A stretch of DNA of 64,000 bases from Orbicella franksi (Eukaryota): contig OZ116701.1 of NCBI GenBank assembly GCA_964199315.1, forward strand, positions 13,702,001-13,766,000, read 5' to 3'. The translations under genes and the position numbers were made by a program. Positions 48,387 through 57,816 of this stretch are shown one piece after another (positions within the stretch are counted from its first letter, which is position 1; each line of letters begins with the position of its first letter). Under the pieces are notes generated by a model. That model searched no databases. It saw nothing but the letters and a program-made list of their open reading frames with translations, and was not told the DNA's origin.

Positions 48387-49462
48387 AGTCCAAGAAAAAA
48401 TCCATTTCCTTAGCTCAGGTGCAACGTTTGTACAGGGATCCAACGAAACCCGGTAGTTTAGGTGGGTTGAGTCGTTTTGCAAAAGCCAACAAGATTTCTG
48501 TATCTTTGGCTCGAAAAGCTTTGGAAGCAGATTTGGGGTACACGTTACATAAACCTAGACGTCGTCACTTTGAAACTTCACCGGTGATGGTATTTAGTAT
48601 CGATCAACAGTGGGCAGCAGATTTGGTAGAAGTTACTAACATTTCCAGGTACAATAAAGGAACGAAGTACCTCCTGACTGTGATTGACGTGTTTTCGAAA
48701 TTTGCTTGGGTGGAACCCCTTAAATCCAAGACGGGTCAAGTTGTGACAGAGGGTTTCAAGAAAATATTGAAAAGAAGTAAGGGGAGAAAACCTCTCAATT
48801 TACAAACGGACGACGGTAAGGAATTTTACAACAAGACGTTTCAGACCTTCTTGAAGCAAAAGAACATTCACCACTTTTCTACCAGTGGGGATACAAAGGC
48901 AGCTGTGGCTGAGCGTTTCAATCGAACTTTGAAAGAACGATTGTACCGTTACTTTACGGTGAAGAACAGTCTTTCGTTTCTCGACGTCTTACAGAAATTA
49001 GTAAGTGGTTACAACGCTTCGAACCACAGGAGCATTAAGATGGCCCCCAAGAAAGTGTCGAACAAGAACGAATTGGAAGTGTGGAACAATTTGTACCAAA
49101 ATCGATTGAGTTCTAAGAAAAGAAAGAGTAAGTTCAAGAAAAACGACAAAGTACGATTGAACAAAAAGCATCGTCCTTTCAAGAAAGGTTATCTCCCTGG
49201 ATGGACCGAGGAGGTGTTTATCGTCACTCGAGTGAATCGTGGAGTTGTACCTACTTACAAATTGAAAGAATGGGACGGTGAACCCTTGGAGGGTACTTTT
49301 TACGAAGAGGATTTACAGAAAGTCAATGTGTCCAATGACGACTTGTTTAGAGTGGAGAAAGTCATCAAGCAAAAGGGTACCAACGTCCTCGTGCGGTGGA
49401 AAGGTTGGCCTGCTAAATACGACAGCTGGATTCCTAAGAAGTCAGTCTATGTAAAGGTGTGA
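48383..49462 (+). CDS. INT: Retroviral-like (rve) DDE integrase with C-terminal chromodomain-like region
   Basis: QWAADL (D), LQTDDGKEF (D), AERFNRTLK (E), GYLPGWTEEVF, VLVRWKGWPAKYDSWIP. ATG at 48383; intact. Confidence 0.95.
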   Translation: MKSKKKSISLAQVQRLYRDPTKPGSLGGLSRFAKANKISVSLARKALEADLGYTLHKPRRRHFETSPVMVFSIDQQWAADLVEVTNISRYNKGTKYLLTVIDVFSKFAWVEPLKSKTGQVVTEGFKKILKRSKGRKPLNLQTDDGKEFYNKTFQTFLKQKNIHHFSTSGDTKAAVAERFNRTLKERLYRYFTVKNSLSFLDVLQKLVSGYNASNHRSIKMAPKKVSNKNELEVWNNLYQNRLSSKKRKSKFKKNDKVRLNKKHRPFKKGYLPGWTEEVFIVTRVNRGVVPTYKLKEWDGEPLEGTFYEEDLQKVNVSNDDLFRVEKVIKQKGTNVLVRWKGWPAKYDSWIPKKSVYVKV

Positions 49463-49493
49463 ATACAATCAGAGTTTTTCATTTGAAGCAAGT

Positions 49494-50618
49494 ATGGAGA
49501 CAAGTGGGGCAACAAGCGACGACTTTTACCTCACGTTGTTGAGTAATTCTTCGACTCTCGAATTTCCCAGTAACAAGGCGAACAGTTTTCAAAACAGATT
49601 ACCTCGGCAGATCAATCTGGAAGGACGATGGAAAGCGGGACTCAGTAGTGTTTCGTTACCTGATTCTAGTTTGTTTCACCTCAAATTGAATCCTGACGAA
49701 CAGGATTTGTTCAGAATAGGCTATTTGGTGACTTCCACGACTGCACCCTCTGGTGCTGTACCTTCTACTCTTAGACACAGTCTTTACAGTCACGCAAAAC
49801 TGCAAGAGTTGTCTCCAGACGTGAATGGAGTGGAGTTCATGAAATCGGTGACCAATTTTTTTGACGAAGATAGAATTGATGGTCTGGTGGGAGCAGACAA
49901 TGAAAAGTTTTCTCAAACTAACTCACAAAATCAAGAGGAATCACTTTTCTGGAAGTTCAAGTGGGAAGGAGACGAATTGGTCACAGATAACGAAAATATA
50001 TACCGAGGAGACCGCTCTTCTTCGAGAGCGGTTCACCCCTACTTTTACATAGAAAAAGACTTGGCCAAAAAAATGGGGTGGATAACAACGGACTCTCGTG
50101 GCGTGTATCACCTAGGACCCAACTTGAAGCAAGAACTCTTCGACCCTTACTTGGTTCCGAATCTTCAGGACTCACGTGATCCAGGCGATCTTTAGGAAAA
50201 TAACTCCAACTCTCCTAATTATCGTCAAGTTGTTTTTTTCACGGGAGATGACAGTTACTATGGACCAGAGGATCACGGTAACATGATGAGACTTAGTTTC
50301 AGGTGTAACTGGCGATTCATCAATTTGAATGCAGCTTTCAACAATGCCGTGGGAAGTAGTTCTCGTTCCCTCATGATATACAGTGACGTTGCTAGTAGTT
50401 CCTTCGTGGGAAACCAAGTGACCGATTTGTTTCGAGAGTTTAGTTATCAAAGAGTTGGAAAAGGCATTCAATACTTTGAACCGGTTCACATCCACTACGT
50501 TCCACTTCGAAAACACACGCTCGAGATTATAAAAGTGGAGGTGAGTGAAGTCGATGGTCAATTGGTTCAACTTGGAGCTGGAAACACAACCGTCACGATT
50601 CATCTAGTCAAGCAATGA
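49494..50618 (+). pseudogene. Minor capsid (penton) protein interrupted by one in-frame TAG at 50193-50195
   Basis: N-terminal DFYLTLLSNSS...LPRQINLEGRWKAGL and C-terminal MIYSDVASSSFVGNQVTDLFR...HYVPLR...TTVTIHL lie in the same frame, with only that stop between them. Confidence 0.85.
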
Positions 50619-50893
50619 AAGGTTCTGGATTGACAAGGTTTCATCCCGATCAGGTACAAAAGGGAAGTGGATTCATACAAGATTTTACCAAAGCGGCTGC
50701 CTTAGAAGGATGGAAAGGTTTAAAAACGGGTGGATTTCCTTTCGTATCTAACATACCCGGTGCTGTTCGTGGTGTGAAGACAGGAGTTAGAAAAGCTGCA
50801 AAACGAAAAGCTGCAAAACGAAAAGCTGACAATTTTGCTGACCGTACTCATAAAAGAGTCAAAAGGAAAATCAAAGACATCTTTGGACCATGA
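50615..50893 (+). CDS. Small basic putative virion core protein, 92 aa
   Basis: MKGSG and QKGSG motifs; Lys/Arg-rich C-terminus. Confidence 0.65.
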   Translation: MKGSGLTRFHPDQVQKGSGFIQDFTKAAALEGWKGLKTGGFPFVSNIPGAVRGVKTGVRKAAKRKAAKRKADNFADRTHKRVKRKIKDIFGP

Positions 50894-51237
50894 ACACCCC
50901 ATTTCTTCCTCCGATGAATCCCATTTATTCCCGAAGAGTTCTCAGGGTTCCACCTATCATGACTTATGGTAAAAGAGGATCTCAACGAGGTGGAGCCATG
51001 AAACGAAACAAACGACGATTGGTGGACAAGATCGCCGAAGGAGCTAGCATGTTTTTGTCTGGTCCTGCACCGTCCTTTGCTTCGTTGGGTTTGAAATTGG
51101 GTGGTCAAGCATTCAAAGGAATTAACGATAACTACAAGTATTATAAAGGAAGACAACGAGGTGGTGGATTATCACACCGTAGGAAACGTCGAACAGTGAA
51201 GACAAAAGCTAAGAAAGGGCGAAAACGAAGAAGATAG
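50890..51237 (+). CDS. Small Arg/Lys-rich putative virion core protein, 115 aa
   Basis: QRGGA and QRGGG motifs; RRKRR and KGRKRRR tail. Confidence 0.65.
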   Translation: MNTPFLPPMNPIYSRRVLRVPPIMTYGKRGSQRGGAMKRNKRRLVDKIAEGASMFLSGPAPSFASLGLKLGGQAFKGINDNYKYYKGRQRGGGLSHRRKRRTVKTKAKKGRKRRR

Positions 51238-51240
51238 ATC

Positions 51241-52626
51241 ATATCCGACATTGCGCCTCACGCAGGTTCGGCAACAGTGTCGAATCCGTCACTGAATCTC
51301 TTTACGATTCCACCGACGGATCTTAGTGTTTACAGTAAGCGATACGTACAAATCAATCCGTTCACCACTGGAATTATTCCAGTGACGTTTCAGATCGATC
51401 CTCAGGAAGACTACATCGACTTTACCCAGAGTTACTTTGAGTTTGAGGTGGGTTTCAAGAAAGCTAATGGAGGAAATTTGGTGGCTGCCGAGAATGCGTT
51501 TCCAGTGAACAACTTGTCTCATTCCATGATCAAGCAGATGAACGTCCGATTGAATCAAACCTTGATAAGCGAACAATCGGACACGTATTCGTACAAAGCT
51601 TACATCGAGACTTTACTTCACCACGATCGACAGGATGGTGAAACAGTCCTGACTCCCGAGGGGTGGCAAAACTACGTGGATGTCCCTCCACTATACACAG
51701 CAAACAACTTGGATAATGCTACACCCGATGCAGCTTGGACTGCTTTACCTGAGAATCAAAAGACAAGCATCACCAAAGCACGAGGTGAACGAGCCAAATA
51801 TGTAGGAGGCAAGAAAAACATCATGAGATTCAAACCTCACTCGGAACTATTCAATTTGAACAAGCTGATTATAACAGGCATACAGATTGACTTGCAGATT
51901 TACTTCAACAATCCCGAATTCTACTGGAATTCTGTTGGAGGTATAGCAACAAGATTGGCTGAAGCCGACATCAAAGTGCGCTTGGTTCTCTGTCAATTCC
52001 GAATTAACCCTGACGTGTATCGAGAATTGGCTGTCAAGATGGAATCCTCAAAGGCAGTGAGTTACCCTACGGTCAGGAGTGAAATCAGAACTTACAGTTT
52101 TGCAAATGACAGAAGACAATACGAAATCAACAACCCTTGGCAGGGTAGAGGACCCAACCTGGTGGTAATGGCATTGGTGGACACCCGAGCCTTCAATGGT
52201 GATTACACTCGTGATCCCTTTTGCTTTCAAAAAATGAGCTTGAGTAGTATCAAGCAACTCTTCAGAGGTGAGGAATACCCGTATGAGACCTTGGAAATCA
52301 AGCACGATGGCAATGATTTGGACAATCGAGGCTATTACCGATTTCTTCAAGCTACCGAATGTTTGAGAAAGGATCGAGGAAACATGTTGACAGAGAAAGA
52401 CTGGGGACACAATAAAAACTGTACACTTTTCTGTTTTAACAATGCAGCCAACGGTGATCTCTTCAGTTCGGTCCTGAATCCGAAACAGTTGGGAGAGATC
52501 CGGTACATTCTTAACTTTGGAGCCAATCCAGCAGCTAACTTCACAGTCATCTTGTTTGCCGAATTTGAGAATCTCTTGGAAATCGACAAGAACAAAGCCG
52601 TCACCTACGACGTGTATCAGCGTTAA
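51241..52626 (+). CDS. MCP: Double jelly-roll major capsid protein; no ATG at the expected start
   Basis: SLNLFTIPPT, YIDFTQSYF, NNLSHSMIKQMNVRLNQ, YSYKAYIETLL, FNGDYTRDPFCF, NCTLFCF, LFAEFENLLEID match the Polinton MCP pattern. The frame opens at 51238, with ATA at 51241 and GTG at 51277. Confidence 0.9.
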   Translation: MSDIAPHAGSATVSNPSLNLFTIPPTDLSVYSKRYVQINPFTTGIIPVTFQIDPQEDYIDFTQSYFEFEVGFKKANGGNLVAAENAFPVNNLSHSMIKQMNVRLNQTLISEQSDTYSYKAYIETLLHHDRQDGETVLTPEGWQNYVDVPPLYTANNLDNATPDAAWTALPENQKTSITKARGERAKYVGGKKNIMRFKPHSELFNLNKLIITGIQIDLQIYFNNPEFYWNSVGGIATRLAEADIKVRLVLCQFRINPDVYRELAVKMESSKAVSYPTVRSEIRTYSFANDRRQYEINNPWQGRGPNLVVMALVDTRAFNGDYTRDPFCFQKMSLSSIKQLFRGEEYPYETLEIKHDGNDLDNRGYYRFLQATECLRKDRGNMLTEKDWGHNKNCTLFCFNNAANGDLFSSVLNPKQLGEIRYILNFGANPAANFTVILFAEFENLLEIDKNKAVTYDVYQR

Positions 52627-52628
52627 CA

Positions 52629-53204
52629 ATGCAAAAGATTGCTCTGACTGACACTCAATTAGACGAACTTGTTGCAAGTCAACCGATATTACAACAGTAT
52701 TACCAAGGAACTTTTGCCTGTAACGAATTACCCCGGAAACCCGTTAAAGATGGACCAGCTGCCTACATCGTGAACACAGATCCAGCAGGTCGACCTGGTG
52801 AACACTGGATCGCTCTTTGGACACAAGATGGAGTGTGTGAAATGTTTGATAGTTATGCGGTACCTTTAGAAGTGTACGGAGAAAAAACAACAGATCCTCT
52901 TTATGAATGGTTTGGAAAATGGTGGAAGATGAATGTCAAGAGAAACGCACATGCCCTTCAGTCTCTTACTAGTAAAAGTTGTGGAGACTACGCTTTCTTC
53001 TTTTTGTTGAACAGAGCCCAGGGAAAAAGCATGAACGAATTTCAGGACATGTTCACTCAAAGAGATTACAAATGGAACGACAAGACAGGAAGAATGTTAA
53101 AGGAACTGATAGTGAACGAAAGAAAGTTTCGCGAAAAAGCACGCCAATTTAGACAATCTACCAGACTTCCTACCGGTGTAACTCAGTATTTGTACATGAT
53201 GTAA
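52629..53204 (+). CDS. PRO: Adenain-like (adenovirus-type) cysteine maturation protease, 191 aa
   Basis: IVNTD...GEHWIAL (His), FDSY (Asp), LQS (Gln), SCGDY (Cys). Confidence 0.92.
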   Translation: MQKIALTDTQLDELVASQPILQQYYQGTFACNELPRKPVKDGPAAYIVNTDPAGRPGEHWIALWTQDGVCEMFDSYAVPLEVYGEKTTDPLYEWFGKWWKMNVKRNAHALQSLTSKSCGDYAFFFLLNRAQGKSMNEFQDMFTQRDYKWNDKTGRMLKELIVNERKFREKARQFRQSTRLPTGVTQYLYMM

Positions 53205-53227
53205 TGGTTGTAAAATAAAAAACTACC

Positions 53228-53491
53228 TTATAGTTTACTCTTGAGTTGATGTTCGCGTACTTCGTCAGGGAACAAAAATGGTTCACCAAAATTGACGGTC
53301 TTGCAAACGGGACAAAACTGATTAATGGGATGTAATCCAAAATTGGCTTTGATTCGACAACCAAAATGAAACCAACTCCCACAGCAGTGAGTCTTGGTGA
53401 CACAATGAACACGGTTGGCAGGATTGGGATGCTCGTGATATGCTTTCGAACAGAACAAACAGAATCTGGATTCCCACGGAGGACGATTCAT
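53228..53491 (-). CDS. RING-like zinc-finger protein, 87 aa
   Basis: CLFC...HCCGSWFHFGC...CPVC. Confidence 0.7.
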   Translation of the reverse strand: MNRPPWESRFCLFCSKAYHEHPNPANRVHCVTKTHCCGSWFHFGCRIKANFGLHPINQFCPVCKTVNFGEPFLFPDEVREHQLKSKL

Positions 53492-53551
53492 TCAGACTGA
53501 AAAAATGAAAAAACATCCATATAAACTCAAAGTGAATGATAGATCTTTCAT

Positions 53552-54232
53552 TTGGAACGAGTGTCAAGTATGGCTAAATGTTCTGCTTTTAAATTTCATA
53601 CTCCTTCGAGTATCATGTGTGTTGGACCTAGCGGAAGTGGAAAAACGTTTTTTACGACAGAACTGGTCACGAAAAACTTACACTTGTTCAAGAGAAGACC
53701 AAAAGCGATTTATTTTTGCTTCAGTATCTGGCAACCGAGTTATAACACTATGAAGAAAAATGGTGTGAAATTTTACCAGGGTATTCCAGACACCAAGCTA
53801 TTACCTAAATGGTTTCCTAAAGGAGGTTTACTCATCATGGACGATTTGATGGAGGAGGCAGGAAACGACAAGAGAGTCTTGGATCTTTTTACCAAGGAAT
53901 CACATCATCGCGATATTACGGTCATGTATTTGACTCAGGACATGTTTCCTCCAGGAAAGTTTGCCAAGAGTATTTCAAGAAACGCACATTACGTTATCAC
54001 TTTCAAGAATCCCAGGGACAATGTGGGTTTGCGAAATTTACTGACTCAAGCGTTTCCCATGCGTTGGAAGGAGGTTCTAACCACATACCAACGAATAACC
54101 CAAAGACCTTACGGTTACATGGTATTGGATTTTCACCCCAGTTCCTCCGACAATGTGAGAGTGGTGAGTCACCTATTAAATTCAGAAGGTCCTAATCGTT
54201 GTTATCAGTTCAAGCAAAATGTTGAGAAGTGA
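53552..54232 (+). CDS. ATPase: A32/FtsK-like genome packaging ATPase, 226 aa
   Basis: Walker A GPSGSGKT, Walker B LLIMDD, SHHRDITVMYLTQD, SISRNAHY, PYGYMVLDF. Confidence 0.95.
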   Translation: MERVSSMAKCSAFKFHTPSSIMCVGPSGSGKTFFTTELVTKNLHLFKRRPKAIYFCFSIWQPSYNTMKKNGVKFYQGIPDTKLLPKWFPKGGLLIMDDLMEEAGNDKRVLDLFTKESHHRDITVMYLTQDMFPPGKFAKSISRNAHYVITFKNPRDNVGLRNLLTQAFPMRWKEVLTTYQRITQRPYGYMVLDFHPSSSDNVRVVSHLLNSEGPNRCYQFKQNVEK

Positions 54233-54536
54233 GGACGTTTGGTGGAAGGATTTCGTTTGGGTTTTGACTCAATATAGAGACAAAGGATGTACAAGAAGAC
54301 AAAGAGTTTTTATCAATTTTGTGTTGTATAAAGCTCGCGGAGTGAGGGATTTAAGAAGAAATATCGCAGAGTACGAAGACAATGTGAAAAGACTTTCACT
54401 GCGACGAAAACACATGGTAAAGCGAACAAGAAACGTGATAGAGTATTTAATTAGAGACACGAAGTGGAAACAGTTCATTCGACAGCAGAGAACAACCAAC
54501 AAAGCTTGGTTTCAACATGTTAAGAAGCAAGTATGA
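54219..54536 (+). CDS. Polinton hypothetical protein, 105 aa (paralog of the next ORF)
   Basis: MLRSEDVWWKDFVWVL...RGVRDLRR. Confidence 0.6.
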   Translation: MLRSEDVWWKDFVWVLTQYRDKGCTRRQRVFINFVLYKARGVRDLRRNIAEYEDNVKRLSLRRKHMVKRTRNVIEYLIRDTKWKQFIRQQRTTNKAWFQHVKKQV

Positions 54537-54831
54537 GTGGTGGCCATACTTCATCTTCTTTTTGGAAAAGACAAAAGAGCATTTACTCACGTCACCCTGG
54601 GAAATCGGGGTTGTTAATAGAGTACTAGTAGAATGGAACGGTATCAGAGATTTACGTAGATTAATGAACGAGGTAGAAAAAACAAGCGTTAGGTCGTCAT
54701 TGGATCACATCAATGGATATCCAAATTTGGGTATGAAGTTGAGGCGCGATATAAAGAAAGCCAAGCATGTTGCTGAAATCATTCGTCCCTTTCGTCCCGA
54801 GCGAGTGCGATCTCGACTTTTTTTGACATGA
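54517..54831 (+). CDS. Polinton hypothetical protein, 104 aa (paralog of the previous ORF)
   Basis: MLRSKYEWWPYFIFFL...NGIRDLRR. Confidence 0.6.
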   Translation: MLRSKYEWWPYFIFFLEKTKEHLLTSPWEIGVVNRVLVEWNGIRDLRRLMNEVEKTSVRSSLDHINGYPNLGMKLRRDIKKAKHVAEIIRPFRPERVRSRLFLT

Positions 54832-55475
54832 TGTGTGAATCAACGGTCGACAATTCAAAAACTATTTTGGAAAAATGGTTAGTTAAAAGAGGACCTATCG
54901 AGGACGTGTTGAAGGAAATTTATGCTCCTAAGAGCTACCAAATGGGTAAACCACAAGATGGAACCAATACGACTTTGGGTACGTGGTTAGAACAGGGTGT
55001 ATCTCTCCAAGTGGCAAGACACATGGAGGATCACAAGCAGCATCTTTGTCATAAGAACGAAGTCAGAAATGACTTAGGATGGGTGAAAATTCCTTGGTTC
55101 AAGAGATTCAGGAATGTTTTGAGAGCCAATTACAAACTTGCAAACCTAGGTGACATTGATTTTCCAGCTCTTAAAAAAATGAAACGGGCAAGATGTGCAG
55201 TCGAAGTCTGTGAATTGGCCGACGAACATAAAGAGACCTATTTCACTGACGAATTGCACGAGTGGCACGACATGATTCAGAAGAGTATAAGAGGTGAGGA
55301 AGACAGTGACGAGGACAGTGACGGTTACGAGAGTGACGAGAGTAACATATCTATGATCACCAGTCCTGGTGAAAAACGAAAACGACCTCGAAGAAGCATC
55401 AGAATCGCTGAGATTGAATGGCAACGTCGGGGACCCCTTCACCGAGTTCACCGCGTTCACAGCGTTGGTCACTAA
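54828..55475 (+). CDS. Polinton hypothetical protein with acidic patch and basic tail, 215 aa
   Basis: Open frame; EEDSDEDSDGYESDE followed by KRKRPRR. Confidence 0.6.
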   Translation: MMCESTVDNSKTILEKWLVKRGPIEDVLKEIYAPKSYQMGKPQDGTNTTLGTWLEQGVSLQVARHMEDHKQHLCHKNEVRNDLGWVKIPWFKRFRNVLRANYKLANLGDIDFPALKKMKRARCAVEVCELADEHKETYFTDELHEWHDMIQKSIRGEEDSDEDSDGYESDESNISMITSPGEKRKRPRRSIRIAEIEWQRRGPLHRVHRVHSVGH

Positions 55476-56047
55476 GTAGAACTCCCTCTCCTAGAGTTTC
55501 TCCAGCAGGAATTGGAGTGGGTTATCAACCTTTATTTGTAGACTCAAACATAGACTTTGCTAACATCGCTCCAGTCACTGTAGGAGTTGGAACGTCAGTT
55601 ACACCTTCAATAGTGGCTCCGATTCCCACCTCGGTAGGTGTAGCAACCACAACACAACCTGCAGTGACTGTTCCTACTCAGGTTGGAGTAGGTACCGTTC
55701 CTACTCAGGCTGGAGCGGCTTCGACAAATCGTAGAAGTAGATCTAGATCTAGAAGTAGATCTAGAAGTACAAGTTCGGCAGGGAGTAGACAAAGATCCAC
55801 ACCCTCACCGAGACAACCCACTGGAAACGTCGGAACTACGGCTGGTACTAGTTCCACGACACGGGGGACTACTAGAATGAATCAAGACGAATTACAAAGA
55901 CAATTGGAACTTCTACTGAATGACCAACGACAAACGTCTGCAGGACGAAGAATAGCTGGGATCACCACCACTAACACCATCACCACCACGTATAAAGACG
56001 GTGGTCCACCTAGAGTGGCTCGCACTTCGACCAGAGTACGAAATTAG
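55418..56047 (+). CDS. Low-complexity Ser/Thr/Arg-rich protein with an RS dipeptide run, 209 aa
   Basis: RRSRSRSRSRSRST; TTTNTITTTYKDGGPP near the C-terminus. Confidence 0.65.
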   Translation: MATSGTPSPSSPRSQRWSLSRTPSPRVSPAGIGVGYQPLFVDSNIDFANIAPVTVGVGTSVTPSIVAPIPTSVGVATTTQPAVTVPTQVGVGTVPTQAGAASTNRRSRSRSRSRSRSTSSAGSRQRSTPSPRQPTGNVGTTAGTSSTTRGTTRMNQDELQRQLELLLNDQRQTSAGRRIAGITTTNTITTTYKDGGPPRVARTSTRVRN

Positions 56048-56052
56048 ACACA

Positions 56053-56562
56053 ATGGACTCAACGGACGGAGTGAACCAAAAAAAACTTCAGGATCTTCGT
56101 AGACAGTACCATAAAAAATGGTGGTGTCATTCACAACGATTTCAGTTTTTTAAAGGATGGAATGCCATTCTCAACGGTACGGTACTTCTCGTCATGGCTT
56201 TGGCCATGCTTGTAGGTTCCGTGTGGAAGAACAGTTTTGCCATGATTGCTTTGACGGCAATTGGAACATTGGTAAAAGGATGGGCTGATTTCAAAAAGTT
56301 TCCCAACAAAGTGGAGATGAGTAAATTTGCCTATACCACTTATGCCAAATGTTTGATCGAAATCGACACTTACATCAATGGTGTGGAACTGAATGACCTA
56401 CAAGTGTTTCTATCCAAAATGCAAACGATAGAGGATATCGTTATCGACATGGCACCACCTTTCACCCAAAAGTGTAGTCAAATGTACGACAAGCAAACTT
56501 TCACGAGTTTGCATCAAAGTGAAAATGGAAGTATCGATATAAGTGATGGCTCCAACGTTTAG
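56053..56562 (+). CDS. Two-transmembrane protein, SLATT-like architecture, 169 aa
   Basis: Basic helix, two hydrophobic segments (AILNGTVLLVMALAMLVGSVW; FAMIALTAIGTLV), then helical FPNKVEMSKFAYTTYAKCLIEI. The family call is inference. Confidence 0.6.
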   Translation: MDSTDGVNQKKLQDLRRQYHKKWWCHSQRFQFFKGWNAILNGTVLLVMALAMLVGSVWKNSFAMIALTAIGTLVKGWADFKKFPNKVEMSKFAYTTYAKCLIEIDTYINGVELNDLQVFLSKMQTIEDIVIDMAPPFTQKCSQMYDKQTFTSLHQSENGSIDISDGSNV

Positions 56563-56582
56563 GACATCAATTACACCTTACG

Positions 56583-56822
56583 ATGGCAAAGACAAGACGT
56601 AGAAAAAGTAGAGTGAATAGGAAAAGAAAAAGAACCAAACGAAAACAAAAGGGGGGTATCATTCCCTTAGCAGCAGCCATACCAGCACTTGTAGCAGCAG
56701 GAAAAGCAGCAGCTATGGGTGGAATATCTGCAGGTGTAGGATTTGGAGTTCGTAAGGGTTCGGAACGAGCTACGAAACCTAAGAAACGTAAGCGAGATAA
56801 ATACATGTACATTCCTCGATAG
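56583..56822 (+). CDS. Adenovirus pX/mu-like core protein precursor, 79 aa
   Basis: Arg/Lys-rich N-half, QKGG, then IIPLAAAIPALVAAG...GGISAGVG. This parallels adenovirus pX (MRGG-ILPLLIPLIAAAIG) in size and layout. Confidence 0.72.
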   Translation: MAKTRRRKSRVNRKRKRTKRKQKGGIIPLAAAIPALVAAGKAAAMGGISAGVGFGVRKGSERATKPKKRKRDKYMYIPR

Positions 56823-56859
56823 AACACATTCAGGAGTTCCTTCCAAAACAAGACACATC

Positions 56860-57480
56860 ATGGATCTTCCTCAGCTTCAAGGGCATCGACACTTGGACGA
56901 TGTGATATCTAAGTACGAAAAAATCTACGAAAAATACGGTAAACCTAAAGGTAAAAGCAAGAGTAAAAAGAAAAAAACTGTCATGCCGAGTTCAACACCT
57001 CAACCACTTTTCACCTCAACTCCAGCACCGAAAAGACGAATCGCTCTTCAAACACTTCAACCGACTCCAACTGGTGTCCTCAACACTGGTGAGTTACCAT
57101 CCACAGTGACAATACGTAGGAAAGGCAAGAGGGCTCCCGTAAAGAAAGACGACAAAAAGGAACGAATGAAAAAGAGACATTGGTACGAAGACAAATTCGG
57201 AGACGTGAAGAAATTTGTCAAGAAACCTAAGAAACCTCGAAAGAAAAGAAAATTCAAAAAAGGAACCAAAGGATTCAAACTCCTTGACAAACGAATCACT
57301 TTGTTGAGTCTGATTCGTAAAATACCACAAGCCAAAATTCCTCTGGTTCGTTTGTTGAAAGTGGAAAGTATCGATGGAAGAGGGACCCTGTTGACTCTGA
57401 TGAAAAGAATACCCCAAGCCAAGTTGAAATTGAGGAGATTGATGTCAAAAACAGACCTGCGCAATATGATCAAACCCTAA
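56860..57480 (+). CDS. Lys-rich Polinton protein with a repeated IPQAK motif
   Basis: ATG at 56860; LLSLIRKIPQAKIPL / LLTLMKRIPQAKLKL. Confidence 0.6.
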   Translation: MDLPQLQGHRHLDDVISKYEKIYEKYGKPKGKSKSKKKKTVMPSSTPQPLFTSTPAPKRRIALQTLQPTPTGVLNTGELPSTVTIRRKGKRAPVKKDDKKERMKKRHWYEDKFGDVKKFVKKPKKPRKKRKFKKGTKGFKLLDKRITLLSLIRKIPQAKIPLVRLLKVESIDGRGTLLTLMKRIPQAKLKLRRLMSKTDLRNMIKP

Positions 57481-57816
57481 GTGATAAAAGGGATTTCAAG
57501 CATTTTCATTTTTTCATTCTGTGCAACGATGTCTTCGAAGAGGTTGTATCCCACATTTTCAGAAAAAGTCAAGGATTTCCAAATAATTTCCAAATCACGT
57601 CAGCGGAGTATACAACAAATGGACATGCTTGTACTGAAGTTCAGGGACACGACTATAAAAGAGGAAGACTTCGACAAATTGGATGAGATTGTTCGTAAGC
57701 ACCGGAGTGGTGAAGAACCATTTGAGGAGAACTACATTGCCAGTGAGTTTCCACCCTCTGAGTGGAATTACATGCTTAAAAGAGGTTTGGTTGTAGACGA
57801 AAGCAAATTAGTATGA
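57481..57816 (+). CDS. Polinton hypothetical protein (probable ATG at 57528)
   Basis: Open frame; its stop overlaps the next ATG. Confidence 0.5.
   Translation: MIKGISSIFIFSFCATMSSKRLYPTFSEKVKDFQIISKSRQRSIQQMDMLVLKFRDTTIKEEDFDKLDEIVRKHRSGEEPFEENYIASEFPPSEWNYMLKRGLVVDESKLV

Noticed and set aside
34833-56562. CBASS-like operon (cGLR + 2-TM effector)
   Set aside because: The genes are ~18 kb apart, on opposite strands, and separated by a Gypsy relic and the viral terminus. Kept only as separate, speculative findings.
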